DNA of 63,977 bases, filler included, from Octopus bimaculoides (GCF_001194135.2; 6 parts of 6 records of this genome joined end to end with filler, not necessarily neighbours in it); one strand, 5' to 3'; shown: positions 12,373-24,120, counted from the first letter of the whole stretch. Notes: a model not told the origin generated them from the letters alone. Numbers and translations are program-made.

Positions 12373-12438
12373 AATAAAACAACGGCTAACTAGCCCAACA
12401 GAATTGCTTCTTCTTGTATTTGTTGCTCCATTCTCAAC

Positions 12439-12481
<43 letters not shown>

Positions 12482-12502
12482 AGTGAGTTTAAATGTTTAC
12501 AA

Positions 12503-12534
<32 letters not shown>

Positions 12535-12780
12535 ATGGCGCGCGCGCACTCACACACATACAGGTATGTTGGTGCAAACAGGAAAATAGAACTCAAAATA
12601 TGAGTATATGGATATTTTTACTTAATATTTAGCTGACGTAACATAGTGACTAAAGGTCCGAGAGTTTCGTGTGTTGGCACTTAATCCAAACCTAATGTCA
12701 GTAATAATTAACTTCATTTCGAGTTAATGTAGTATATATTATGTAATAAGTGTGTGTGTATGTCAATATATGACAAAATA

Positions 12781-12988
12781 CAGGGTGTCCACAAAGTCTG
12801 GGTACATGGAGTAAATAAAATCATATCATAAACAATTGAATATAAGAAATGATAATGTCTTAAAGTATGTGTTAATCCCCATGTGGGTACATGGAGTAAA
12901 TAAAATCATAACATAAACAATTAAATATAAGAAATAATTTCTTCAAGTACGTGTTAATCCCATGTACCCAGACTTTGTGGACACCCTG
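12781..12988. mobile_element. Tc1/mariner-type MITE with internal tandem duplication
   Basis: Perfect 29-bp TIR CAGGGTGTCCACAAAGTCTGGGTACATGG; TA on left, CA on right; internal unit of about 85 bp duplicated (12799-12883, 12884-12964). Confidence 0.9.
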
Positions 12989-14539
12989 CATATCACACAT
13001 AAATATGACCGATAGTCGAATGTTGTTTTTCGATTTTAACTTCTTTAATTTTAAAGAATTTCATCCCCTCTGTGTGTGTCCCGTCCTGTTTTATGACGAC
13101 ACAGTGTTGTTTCTCACGAGCACACTTTTAACTCTGCTCAGGCAGAGTTAGCTGACTGTGTGGGACAAAACAACTGAAACTATTGTTATTTTGTTTTGTT
13201 GATCGTTTGTTTTGTTTTTTTGTTTTACCATCTCACATGACTACTTCATAATCCGACCTCGCGTACTTATCATTGAGTCACGATGTCTGTTTGTGTTACA
13301 CACACACACACACACACACGCACACACCTATTTGTGTGTGTGTGTGTAACCACAAAGTTTGCTTTTACATGTGACTGGTTGTTGTAGATTTCCATTTTTT
13401 TTTTTAACGTTCTTCTCCTTTATCGGCATCTAGCCACTCGCGTAAGCATTATGTTATTAGTTCAAATCCTGCCTAGGTTGTCTTTTTGTCTGTCGTTCTT
13501 CCATTTTTAATCAGATACGTACCAGTCAAAGTACTAGCTAGTTTAATAAATTATTTAACCTTACACCAACTACCGCCCCCACCCCCGCAAGAAAAAAAAT
13601 CGTATGTCCCGTGCTTAAATTTGAAATCTTCCACCTTGATATTTAGTCCCAGGTTTTGTTCTGAACGAGTAAACTTGACCTAAGGCGTTCCGATCGTGAT
13701 TAACCTGTTTTATTTATATTTCTATACGCCAACTATTTAATATCCATTTAAAGACAGTAATGACTTGACGTAATATTGGCTACTATTTCTAGCAAATCGA
13801 GTGACTATGTAGAGGCTCCTTTATTGGCTCCTGTATTATAGATAAAATATCCATATCGAAAGAATACCACTACATTATCTAACGTGATGATGTAGTCTTT
13901 AAACCACTAGTTAGATTTCAAGGAAATTTGGCTGTTATTTCTAGCTATTCAAGTGGTCACATGAAGGCTCTTTAATACGTTGTAGATTGGTAGAAACCGT
14001 AGCTGCCATTCTTGTTTTGTTTTTATTACTGTTTTCAGTGAGATCTCGTCCAGAGCTGGAGCCTCTGTTGATGTTACCAATTTGAGGATTTGCTAAGTGT
14101 GATAGTAATTTTGAATGTCTAGTCCATCCAGGCCTATCGAGGGTTTAAGGACTCTTAGAGAACCGACTAATTTATATATCTTTTATTCGTTTGACATTTT
14201 TGTCTGCAGCCATGCTGGGGCGCCTGCTTGAAGGGTTTTAGCCAAACAAATCGACCCCTGGACTTTTTTTAAAAGCCTGGTACTTATTCTATCAGTCGGT
14301 TTACCGAACCGCTAAGTTACGGGGACATAAACACTCCAGCACCAACTGTCAAGCGGTGGTCATTCTTTTTTTTTAAGTTATAGGTGAGTTTTGAACTGGA
14401 AGATACACTAAAAAGGCATTCCAACTGTTGCTATCCCTTGTTTATTCAAGCATATTTCAAAACTGCATCATCTGATGTGTCCTTTTTTAAGATGGTAATG
14501 TGATTTAAAGCACATTTGGTTGCTATTTCTTACAGGTTG

Positions 14540-14861
14540 TCTTCATATCCTTCAAGTGTTTTAGTGTGCTTTTGAGTAGCAAGATTATCCACTCCATTTT
14601 ATGTCTGTTTTTGTCATGAGTCCAATATCCTGAGGCATCTCACATCTGCCCACATCTTTTTTTGGTTTCTCTCTTTGGTTCATTCTATTTGGATTGTTTC
14701 ATACTTTTTCACCCATGCAAGTGCAGGCGTGGTTGTGTGGTAAGAAGTTTGCTTCCCCACCACATGGTTCTGGGTTCAGTCCCACTGCATGGCACCTTGA
14801 GCAAGTGTCTTCTATAGCCTCAGGCTATAGATTTGACAGATGGAAACTGAAAGAAGCCTGT

Positions 14862-14904
<43 letters not shown>

Positions 14905-15440
14905 CTTTGTGTCTGTGTTGGTTCCCACCCTGCTCCACTGCTTGTTTACGTCCCTGTAACTTGGTGGTTCAGTAAAAGATACTCATAGAATAAATATCAG
15001 GCTTAAAAAAAGTAAGTACTGGTATTGATTCATTTGATTAAAATTCTTCAAAGTTATGCCCCAGCATGGTCGTCGTCTAATGACTGAAATAAGTAAACGA
15101 TAAAAGATAACTATCATAAATATTCATTTAATAAGTATCATAAATCAATACCAGCTAAGTCCTATCTCTTCTTAGCAATATCATGGTTGATTGCCTTGCT
15201 GTATTTTTTACCTCTCAACTCACCATATTCATTCGTTCATGCTGGCTGACAATACACATCCTGCAGAGTGTGCTCTCTTTATTTCTTTCTAGTCTCTGCA
15301 CCTTATCCACATTCAATACCTAGATCTTATCATGCAACATTGCACTTCATGCACAAGTGTTATACAGACAAACCTGTCCGAGAAAGTACCTTTGTTAACA
15401 GAGATAACAGTTCCTACAAATTCCATCTGACTCACTCAAG
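14540..15440 (-). mobile_element. Degenerate RTE-clade LINE 3' ORF fragment split by a SINE
   Basis: Order on minus strand: ...LERN..S.L..M (about 15290), GLSWY (LRWYGH-like, about 15160), then after the SINE AWVKK...KPKKMWADV (about 14650-14715). Confidence 0.65.
14721..15110 (+). mobile_element. SINE family B, full length, CpG-decayed
   Basis: tRNA-like head GGCGTGGTTGTGTGGTAAG...GGGTTCAGTCCCACTGC, central (TA)n/(TG)n, tail TGACTGAAATAAGTAAA. Confidence 0.9.
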
Positions 15441-15802
15441 CATGCAAAAATAAACGTTAAATGAGGATATGAGTGTGTGTAAGCATGTCACCCAGTGAGT
15501 AGGTGTTGCACTTGCACTTGCAGTTGCAATATCATGGTTTTGCTTCTCAGACCAGCAGTGCATTGTCTTCTTGTGCAAAACACTTCATTTCACATTGTTC
15601 ATGTTCACTTAGCTATAGATGGCTAATCCAATGAACTAGCATTTCATTCAGGAGGTTTGTTGGCCTACCCATCTAGCCAGCAGGGTGGCATCATTCAAAA
15701 GCTACATCAGTGTGAGAAACTGCATTGTAACCTGCAGTGTGTAACAACAGCCAATAGTTTTGGTTGATACAATGATAATGTATATATGTCATATATGTTT
15801 TG

Positions 15803-16162
15803 TCTCTTACTTGCTTCAGTCATTAGACGTTGGTCATGCTGGGGCACTGCTTTGAAGAATCTTAGTTGAATGAATTGACCCCAGTTCTTATATTCTTTAA
15901 AGCTTGGTACTTATTCTATCAGTCATTTTTGCTGAACCTCTAGGTCACGGGGATGTAAACACACCAACACTGGTTGTCAAGCAGTGTTGTGGAAGACAAA
16001 CAAAGACACAAACACATATACGGCAGGCTTTTTTCAGTTTCTGTCTACCAAATCCATTCACAAGGCTTTGGTCAGTCTTAGTCTATAGTCGACACTTGCT
16101 CAAGGTGCCACACAGTGGGACTAAACCTGGAACCATTTGGTTGGGAAGCCATTCCTATGCCT
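15803..16162 (-). mobile_element. SINE family B
   Basis: Reverse complement of the family B consensus (TTACTTGCTTCAGTCATT...CACAGTGGGACTAAACC). Confidence 0.9.
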
Positions 16163-16354
16163 ACGATACATATTATATATATATGGTCATCATTTGATGT
16201 CCATCTTCCATGTTGGCATGGGTATGTATATATTGGAAAGAATGAATAAGCAAAACATATCATTTTAAAGTGTGCAATTTATAATTCAAACATAATTGTT
16301 ACAGAGTAGATGGAGTAAATAAGGGATTAAGAAATAATGCATACTCTCTTACAG

Positions 16355-16388
16355 ATGTTTCTAGTATAGCTGTGCATATGGTGCGTAG
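16355..16388 (+). CDS. Candidate 34-nt internal exon (DVSSIAVHMVR), unknown gene
   Basis: Acceptor CTCTCTTACAG, donor TAG|GTAATT, one open frame; no recognisable homology. Confidence 0.2.
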
Positions 16389-16394
16389 GTAATT

Positions 16395-16715
16395 GAGCAA
16401 AAATTTCCATATAAGCCAAATATTCCATCTTCAGAAAAGAAGAATTAAGGAATATCTTTAAAAGGTATTAGTTGTTTCCAGTTCATCATTGAAGAATTAA
16501 GAATTATCCTTAGTAAAAGATAATAACAGTTATCAGTTCATCATTGAAGAATTAAAGAATCTCTTTAGTAAAAGATATTCGTAGTTACCAGTTCCATCAT
16601 CAAAGAATCAAGGAATGTTGATGATGGACCCAGTAACTACTATTATAAGGGTATTCATTAAATCTTTCTCTCTGAAGATGGAATAGTTGCCTTATATAAA
16701 AAATCTTTGCTAAAC
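16395..16715. repeat. Foldback with a 55-bp tandem array in the left arm
   Basis: Units at 16440-16491, 16492-16546, 16547-16602; inverted copies at 16618-16640 and about 16645-16715. Confidence 0.8.
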
Positions 16716-17167
16716 GTTCTATGCACTATATGAACAACTATTCTAGAAACAGTTGTAAAACCCAGAACCATATGTTTGAGAAACACACTTCTTACTACAC
16801 AGCCATGCCTGCACCTGTGTCAACTTGTGTGCCAGAAAGTTTAGTACCCAGAAAGTCCATAACAGATGTTGACAACATTATTTCTCATTCAACATTATTT
16901 CTTATTCTCTTATTTACGCTAACAACTCCGCAATTATGTTTGAATTATAAAGTGCACACTCTAAAGTGATACCACATGTTTTGCTTTCTATTTTCTCTTT
17001 GTAATATATATCTACTCACTCAGTGATGAACCACATATAGCCATTCTTTGCTAGGCTCTTCTACACCATCACCTTTGTTTTAGTTGCAGTTCAAGCTGGA
17101 GTTTTAGTGGTAAACTAGTCCAAACTCTTATAGTACATACCTATTACATTCTCATTGGGCAGAATTT

Positions 17168-17215
<48 letters not shown>

Positions 17216-17658
17216 NNNNNNNNNNAAGACTCTTCCATCTTTTCTGAGTAAACTAATATACCGTGTTTGTTTTTCCCTCACCTATACAATATATGTATGT
17301 ATGTGTGAATATATATATAAATATATATATATATATATTTTTACAGATAAATTCCTCTATTTACATAATATCGAGGTCTCTTTCTTTCTTTTGTTGTCTT
17401 TTCTATCTATCTATCTATCTATATATCTATATATATGTATTAAAATCCAATGAAAGGAAAACAGTCTCCTCTATAGGGATGGGAACATCCAATTTTTCAC
17501 TGGTTTTATACCCAATATAGTATGGAAAAACTTTCCACAATCCAAATGGATATATATTCAATATACAAAAATGAAAAGAAAATGGAGATTTAGGATTAAC
17601 ACATTTTTATTTATTAAAATATTATATTATCATTATAATATAATATGAATATATTATA

Positions 17659-17733
17659 ATCCTACAACAATTGTTTCAATTCAGACCCAATAATAAATTT
17701 AATCATATTCATAGGTAAGAATCTCACCAGGGA
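17659..17733 (-). ncRNA. Mutated hammerhead motif (inverted partner copy)
   Basis: Core CTGGTGA (A6G) and a TTG duplication before the cleavage site; otherwise the same as 17782-17861. Confidence 0.5.
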
Positions 17734-17781
17734 AATATTTGACAAAAACTACATATGAGGATTTATATTTTGTCAAATATT

Positions 17782-17861
17782 TCCCTGATGAGATTCTTAC
17801 CTATTATAAACATGAATTTTTATAAATTTATCATTGGGTCTGAATTGAAACAATTGTAGGA
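17782..17861 (+). ncRNA. Minimal type I hammerhead motif
   Basis: Stem I TCC/GGA; core CTGATGA 17785-17791; stem II GATTC/GAATT plus ACCTA/TGGGT; GAAA 17847-17850; CAATTG palindrome; predicted cleavage GUA after 17858. Confidence 0.7.
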
Positions 17862-17961
17862 TTATAATATTTGTATGGTATTATATCATAATAATAATAT
17901 ATGTTAATAAATTAAAATGTATCAATCATAAATCTCCATTTACTTTTCATTTGTGTGTGTA

Positions 17962-18493
17962 TCATCATCATCGTCATTTAACGTCTGCTTTCCATGCTAG
18001 CATGGGTTGAACGATTTGACCGAGGACTGGTGAAACCAGATGGCTACACCAGGCTCCAATCTGATTTGGCAGAATTTCTACGGCTGGATGCCCTTCCTAA
18101 CGCCAACCACTCAGAGAGTGTAGTAGGTGCTTTTACGTGCCAACGGCACGAAGGCCAGTCAGGCGGTACTGGCAACGGCCACGCTCAAAATGGTTTATTT
18201 TATGTGCCACCTGCACAAGAGCCAGTCTAGGGGAACTGGCAACGATCTCGCTCAAAAGTCCTTACACATGCCGTGGGCACAAGTGCCAGAAAGGCGACGC
18301 TGGGCACAGGTGCCATCATGATTTCCATTTCGCTTGCCCCAATAAGTCTTTGCAAGCTGAGTTTCATGTCCCAATGAAGAAGACGACGTTGGCATGGGTG
18401 CCAGTCGTCGAATTTAACTTGATTTCGATTTCACTTGCCTCAACATGTCTTCGCAAGTGGAGTTTAGTATCCAATTTAACTCGATTTCGATTT

Positions 18494-18500
<7 letters not shown>
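17962..18500 (-). mobile_element. 3' end of RTE-type LINE/SINE with (GAT)n tail
   Basis: Reverse complement ends GCATGGAAAGCAGACGTTAAATGACGATGATGAT; contains GGATGCCCTTCCTAACGCCAACC typical of RTE tails (recalled). Confidence 0.75.
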
Positions 18501-18531
<31 letters not shown>

Positions 18532-19239
18532 CATACATATACACCCCAGCTGCTGTTTCTCAGCCAACCACAACGTAAAAGTCAACAAAATTGTTTTTCA
18601 TATACTTGTTTGATATTTTTTTAATATTTTGAGAGTAAAACCTTACATCTGTTACTCTATATTATTGACATGCATTGAATCATCATTTAGCACATTCCAC
18701 AAAACTGTATTCACTGGGTATTTTCCATTTATTTATTAGTTTTTTTTTTTTTTTTTGTAATGAATTAGAGGAAAATGTTCTAGAATTAAGATGCCTGAAT
18801 GTCAGCTTAGCAAAGATAAAAGTTTTAATTAGTGAGTGGAAAAGAAAACAAGAAGACAGTTTTCTGAGAATAATTCTGCTTGACATGCAGTAAAAGAATA
18901 TGTAGGAATTCTATACTGTGTATTCAATGCAAACTATGGGAGCACAAATAGTGCAAAGGGATTTCATGCAAGCTGACAGATAAGACTTCTTATGTTGTAG
19001 ATGTGCAGGAATATTTAGCCAGAAAAGTCCACAAGAAATTTTAAAATTGTAATTATCTTATTTTCTAGCATACAAATCGAGTTTTTCTTCAGATCAAAAT
19101 TTACTGCCAAAATAGGAAGGCTTACTATTATACACCAAAGAGGACCAAAAATTCCATGTGAAATGTAACAAAATTTGGAGGAAAGATAGTGACAGTGGTT
19201 TGAATGTTTACACTACATATTTATACTATGTACTGTTCT

Positions 19240-19390
19240 TTTCTTTTATTCTTTTGTTTCAGTCATTTGACTGTGGCCATGCTGGAGCACTCCCTTCAAG
19301 GGTTTTAGTTGAACAAATTGACCACAAGACTTACTTTTTAAGCCTAGTACTTATTTTATCGGTTTTCTTTTGCCAAACTACTAAGTTACA
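19240..19390 (-). mobile_element. SINE family B 3' part
   Basis: TTTCAGTCATTTGACTGTGGCCATGCTGGAGCAC... Confidence 0.85.
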
Positions 19391-19915
19391 GTCACCATTC
19401 ACCACATCTCCACTCCTGTATACCATTCACTATATTCACCTCCATTCTCCATGTCACTGATGTTATCCAAGGGAAAGGCAAAGGCCATACAGCTTGGCGC
19501 TAGTGATGTCACAACTCATTTCTATAATTGAGTGTACTGGAACAATGTGAAATAAAGTGTCTTGGGATCAATATAAATACCTGACATCTTCTCCAAAAGT
19601 TTTAAGCCTTATTATTATGTTAGAAACATCAGGTCTTCGACAATTTCATTCAAGTTTATTCTGCACTACCAAGTGTACCTTTGTGTGTAGTATTGTCTTT
19701 TGAGGAGTTGAATTGTCTTTTTATACACTACACCAGTTTTGCTTTGGGATATATTTCGTTTCTGGTGTTAAATTAGTATTCCATCTATTTGCTGTGTAGC
19801 TGTTATGTGGTAACTGAGTGTACTGTGTGGTGCTTCTTGTTATCCTGGTACACATTTTTATTTAAAGTTTTATTGAATTTGAATTTATATTCTTTTGACA
19901 ATGTATTTAAAACAG

Positions 19916-19964
19916 TTTCTGGTCCATTAACATCGAGGAACAAAGAGCTATATCAGATAGTTTG
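19916..19964 (+). CDS. Candidate 49-nt exon (FWSINIEEQRAISDSL or SGPLTSRNKELYQIV), unknown gene
   Basis: AAACAG acceptor and consensus donor G|GTAAGT; two open frames; no homology recognised. Confidence 0.3.
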
Positions 19965-20541
19965 GTAAGTTAACAGTTTTATAAATCTGTTAGCTTGAAG
20001 ACCTTCACTTTAATTAAAACTAATGAGAAGAATTTTGGCAACTGCTATAGATGAATCATCTGCAGTTTTTTTTTTCTTTTTTCTGTGGAACAGTAAAGTT
20101 GAAATGCTTTATTTGTTACTGGATCCAGTTAAGCATGGAACCTCAGAACATTGTTGGCCACTTGATCTGGTATCATAATTGATCATAGGGGTCCTTTCTT
20201 GTTTAATCTCAGTTCAGCTTTGAATGAACATGCCCAGACTAAAAATTTTGGTAACTTCACTCTATAGTATATGAATTTTATATAAAATTATCTTCACTTT
20301 GTATCAGCTGTATTATTAAATGTAAGTAGATATGTATAACCCTTAAACTGAGCCATTTTATAAATGCAAATATATAATCATTTCTAAATCCAAGATACTA
20401 CCACTCAAACATTTTAGATAAAGGTTTATAAATCTTTAAGTTTATTAAGCTGACTTGCTGGTTTTATATCACTGAGCAATGTATTTAATACGTGACATTA
20501 GCAGAGCTGTTTTACATTGGTTTTTGTTGTATTGCTCCTAG

Positions 20542-20583
20542 GCAGCTCAGATCGCATGGTCTTTTGACCTGTCAATAAGTTAA
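20542..20583 (+). CDS. Candidate terminal exon (AAQIAWSFDLSIS*)
   Basis: Pyrimidine-rich acceptor TTGTATTGCTCCTAG; phase-compatible with 19916-19964; followed by AT-rich sequence with AATAAA at 21562. Confidence 0.25.
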   Translation, partial: AAQIAWSFDLSIS

Positions 20584-21927
20584 CTGGACAAACTTGATAT
20601 GACCTACATATGTTCCAGATGTGCATGCTTCTCCGTAGTTGAGGACCATACTACACACTGTAATATGCCATAGAGAATCATGTTGGAGGTAGTCTGACAT
20701 TCTGGGCATGTACTTTCTGCACTGTATACCTGTTGTTGTTTAGCTCCATACCAGTCCCAATTAAGCAGACTTTTAAGCAAAGATATTTCAGCTGTGACTT
20801 TCGTGTCATGTTCTTTGTCAGTTGTAACTACAACCATATTATGTAATGTGAATGTAAGTTAGATCCCTTTTTTAAAGATGTGGTAATCTATAGCAGCATC
20901 ACATTGTAGCTATCTAATGGAATAAGTCAGTACATGACAGCTGCTGCATCTCTGTTCTTACCATTGCTATATAACTGTTTCTACTAGTGTACTGATTCAA
21001 TGAACTAAGTTTGTTTCCTGGTTGATTCCAAAAACAATAAGATACAATTGATTTAACCTCAAAACGTGCGTGTGCAATTCAATACCTTATCTATCCTACC
21101 TATTTATGATATTAGACCACTAATTATATTAAATCAATAATTTTGTATACATATGCACAGGTAATAAGGCTAGTCATGTTACACTTAGATGGAAATGAAA
21201 TTAAATGATTCATGTAACACTGGTCTTGCTAGCAAGGGTTACTGTTATGGTAATCTCTTTCATTTTATACCCTGCCATGATTTCTTTTCTCATAGGGCAT
21301 AACTCCATGCCACTTTAATCTTTCTCTAAGTTAACAAATTTACTCCATTAACTCATGATCATAATTTCGAGTCTTTGCTCTTTGCAATGTTTTTCAATTT
21401 TTCATTAACTTGCATGCATTATTTTCAGTATAGAACTTAAATAGTTTTTTTACAGTTTCTTAAGATTGTATAGTGATTGTTCCAATGTGAAACACTCCAG
21501 TCAGACGTTTTACACTTACACCACTAAGTTTTTTTAGAACAGCTTCACTTTTTATAGTATCAATAAACGTAAAATGCTTTCTGTATTACCTATAGTGACA
21601 TCTAGTCTTTATTGACATTTTCAACACTGAGTAGAATACAAAATGCATAAGTAATGCATGTACAAAGGTGTTATTATGACAGCTGCTGACAATTAACTGG
21701 CACCAATTTGAATGGGTTGGACTTGATCCAAACCGGAGTGAATAAGGGTTAGGGCTTGCAACAGTTGTACATCTCTTGGAAGTTTCCCCATGTACTATCT
21801 GAAATTTTCTTTTTGTAGCACTTTTCTCATTTAAGAACTTTAAGATTATCAATTTTGCTTATGATGCTAGATCATTAATTAAAAGATTTAATTAAAAACA
21901 ACAAAATTGCAACAGTATGTGGTTTAA

Positions 21928-22142
21928 CTCTTTAGCATTTAAATCAGCCATATTTGGCCATAACATTCTACCTGTTTCATGTTCAAATCACCATATTTGA
22001 TCTCTCACACCTACCCTACAGTGTCATTTTAAAAATAAATGATCACATTGAAATCTCAAAGCTATGAGATAATGCATGATTAAGTCAAAGCATCTGAATA
22101 AATAAGCATCACATTTGACAGAGTAATCTGAATGCTAAAGGG
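21928..22142. mobile_element. TTAA-flanked (piggyBac-like) MITE, copy 1
   Basis: TTAA-CTCTTTAGCATT...AATGCTAAAGGG-TTAA. Confidence 0.9.
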
Positions 22143-22146
22143 TTAA

Positions 22147-22364
22147 CCATTTAGCATTTAAACTGGCTGTGTCTGGCTTAAATATTATACATGCTTTGTT
22201 AAAACCAGCTAGATCTGGCCTCTCACACCTACCCTACACTGTCATTCTAAAAATAAGTAATCACATCATTGAAATCTCAAAGGTGCAAGATAGTGTATGA
22301 TTAATTCAAAATAATGTGAATAAATAAGCTTTACATTTGACGGAATAATCTGACTACTAAAAGG
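22147..22364. mobile_element. TTAA-flanked (piggyBac-like) MITE, copy 2, tandem to copy 1
   Basis: Shares TTAA 22143-22146 with copy 1; CCATTTAGCATT...TACTAAAAGG-TTAA. Confidence 0.9.
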
Positions 22365-22676
22365 TTAAAGTTGCTGGTGGGACTTATTTGTTGTTTACCA
22401 GGTGTCCACATTACTGATTAGATTAGACTGTTTGCTGTATCATCTCTGTCTTACATAGTATATATATATATATATATTGTTTCGGCTATTTTAACTGTAC
22501 TATTTTATGTTCATGAAGATAATTTATCAGGATAAGTTATTCTTGAAATATCCAACATGATTTGTTTATACTATCTTAGCTGTACTATTTTATGTCTAAA
22601 AAGATAATTGGTCAATAATTTAGCACTAACAGGATAGGTTCTTCTAGAAATGTACAACACAGTATGGTCTCCTTAC

Positions 22677-22725
22677 TTCAATTTGATGTCTGTGTATGTT
22701 GTAAACACAAGTTCACGTCCAATGA
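22677..22725 (-). CDS. Candidate 49-nt exon (IGRELVFTTYTDIKL), unknown gene
   Basis: Acceptor CTTTATTTTAG and donor GAA|GTAAGG on the minus strand; single open frame. Confidence 0.25.
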
Positions 22726-23254
22726 CTAAAATAAAGCTGCATTGAGCAATAGTATCTACTTAAATGGGTGACTGCTTGGGAAACTTAGGTACTGTAAGCA
22801 TCTTATGGATAGAAAATTGACTGAGTGGTTAGAGTATCAGATGGAATGCTTTGCAGAATTCCTGCATGCTGAGTTCAAATCCTGCAAAGGTCAGCTTTGC
22901 CTTTTATTATTTCAAGGTCAATAAATAAACTAATAGTTCAGTATTGGAGTTCCTACATTCTCTCCCTTTTCTCTCTCTCCTCTCTCTCTCTCCCCCTCCC
23001 CCCTCTCCTCTCTCCTCTCTCTATGAAGAAGAAAAAGAATTTGGCTATGTTCAGATGGAGGAAGGGACGGGTTTTACCAGGCTTGACCCTTTAGCATTTT
23101 AACCAACCAAATCTGCCCTAAATATTCTACACTTCTAAACTGGCCAGATCCAGCTTCTCACACCTACCCTACAATATCGTTCTAAAAATAAACAATCACT
23201 CATCAAGATCTTGAAGTGATAAGATGCATGATTAATTCAAACGAATATTCTTTT

Positions 23255-23600
23255 ACTTTCTCTTACTTGTTTCAGTCATTTGACTGTGGCCATGCTGTAG
23301 TACTGCCTTAAAGGGTTCTTTAGACAAGGTAATTGACCCCAGAACTTATTTTTTGTAAGCTTAGTACTTATTCTATTGGTCTTTTTTGCCAAGCCACTAA
23401 GTTACAGAGACATAAACACACCAACATAGATTGTCAAGCAATGGTGGGGGGACAAACACTGATACAAAGACACACACACATATATTTATGTTTATGATGG
23501 ACTACTTTCAGTTTCTGCCAAATCCACTCAATACCGAATCCTACCAAATCCACTCACAAGGCTTTGGTTGGCCCAAAGCTATAGTAGAAGACACTTGCCT
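23255..23600 (-). mobile_element. SINE family B
   Basis: Reverse complement of the family B body; truncates a TTAA-type MITE remnant at about 23086-23240. Confidence 0.85.
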
Positions 23601-23891
23601 AAGATGCCAGCATGGCCACAGTCAAATGACTGAAACAAGTAAAAGAATAAAAGATAAGACCTGCTGATTGGTCTGTAACTACATGTGTAGGATGGCACTA
23701 TGTAATACAATTGGCAGTATTTTATAGATACACTGAGTTCCAGCTGTGGGTTTGTTGCTGTTTTTGGTTTTGCACTAATGCTCTAATATAATTTATATTA
23801 AAGTCTTAGTAATTAATTCAAAGTCCATTTAATTATGTTGATTCATAGTCCACTTTCTTATCACTGTAAGCAGTATGTTAGTATAAATAGT

Positions 23892-24120
23892 GGCGAGCTG
23901 GCAGAATCGTTAGCACGCCGGACAGAATGCTTAGTGGTATTTCGTCTGCCGCTACGTTCTGAGTTCAAATTCAGCCGAGGTCGACTTAGCCTTTCATCCT
24001 TTCGGGGTCGGTTAAATAAATACCAGTTATGCACTGGAGTCGATGTAATCGACTTAATCCTTTTGTCTGTCCATGTTTGTCCCCTCTATGTTTAGCCCCC
24101 TGTAGGCAATAAAGAAATAA
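23892..24120 (+). mobile_element. SINE family A, near full length
   Basis: GGCGAGCTGGCAGAATCGTTAGCACGCCGG head, GAGTTCAAATTC B-box, core, tail AATAAAGAAATAA. Confidence 0.92.

Larger units (their letters stand above)
17568..17952. mobile_element. About 385-bp foldback (inverted arms of about 180 bp), probably PLE terminal-repeat derived
   Basis: Arms 17568-17747 and 17768-17952 are reverse complements with scattered mismatches around a 20-nt loop; each arm carries a hammerhead motif. Confidence 0.85.

Noticed and set aside
16440-16602. Regularly spaced repeats resembling a CRISPR array (also 12301-12372)
   Set aside because: Contiguous tandem units without unique spacers; eukaryotic context with no cas genes
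20604-20837. Minus-strand 77-aa ORF with CPEC
   Set aside because: No recognisable domain; another frame is similarly open; overlaps a putative plus-strand 3' UTR
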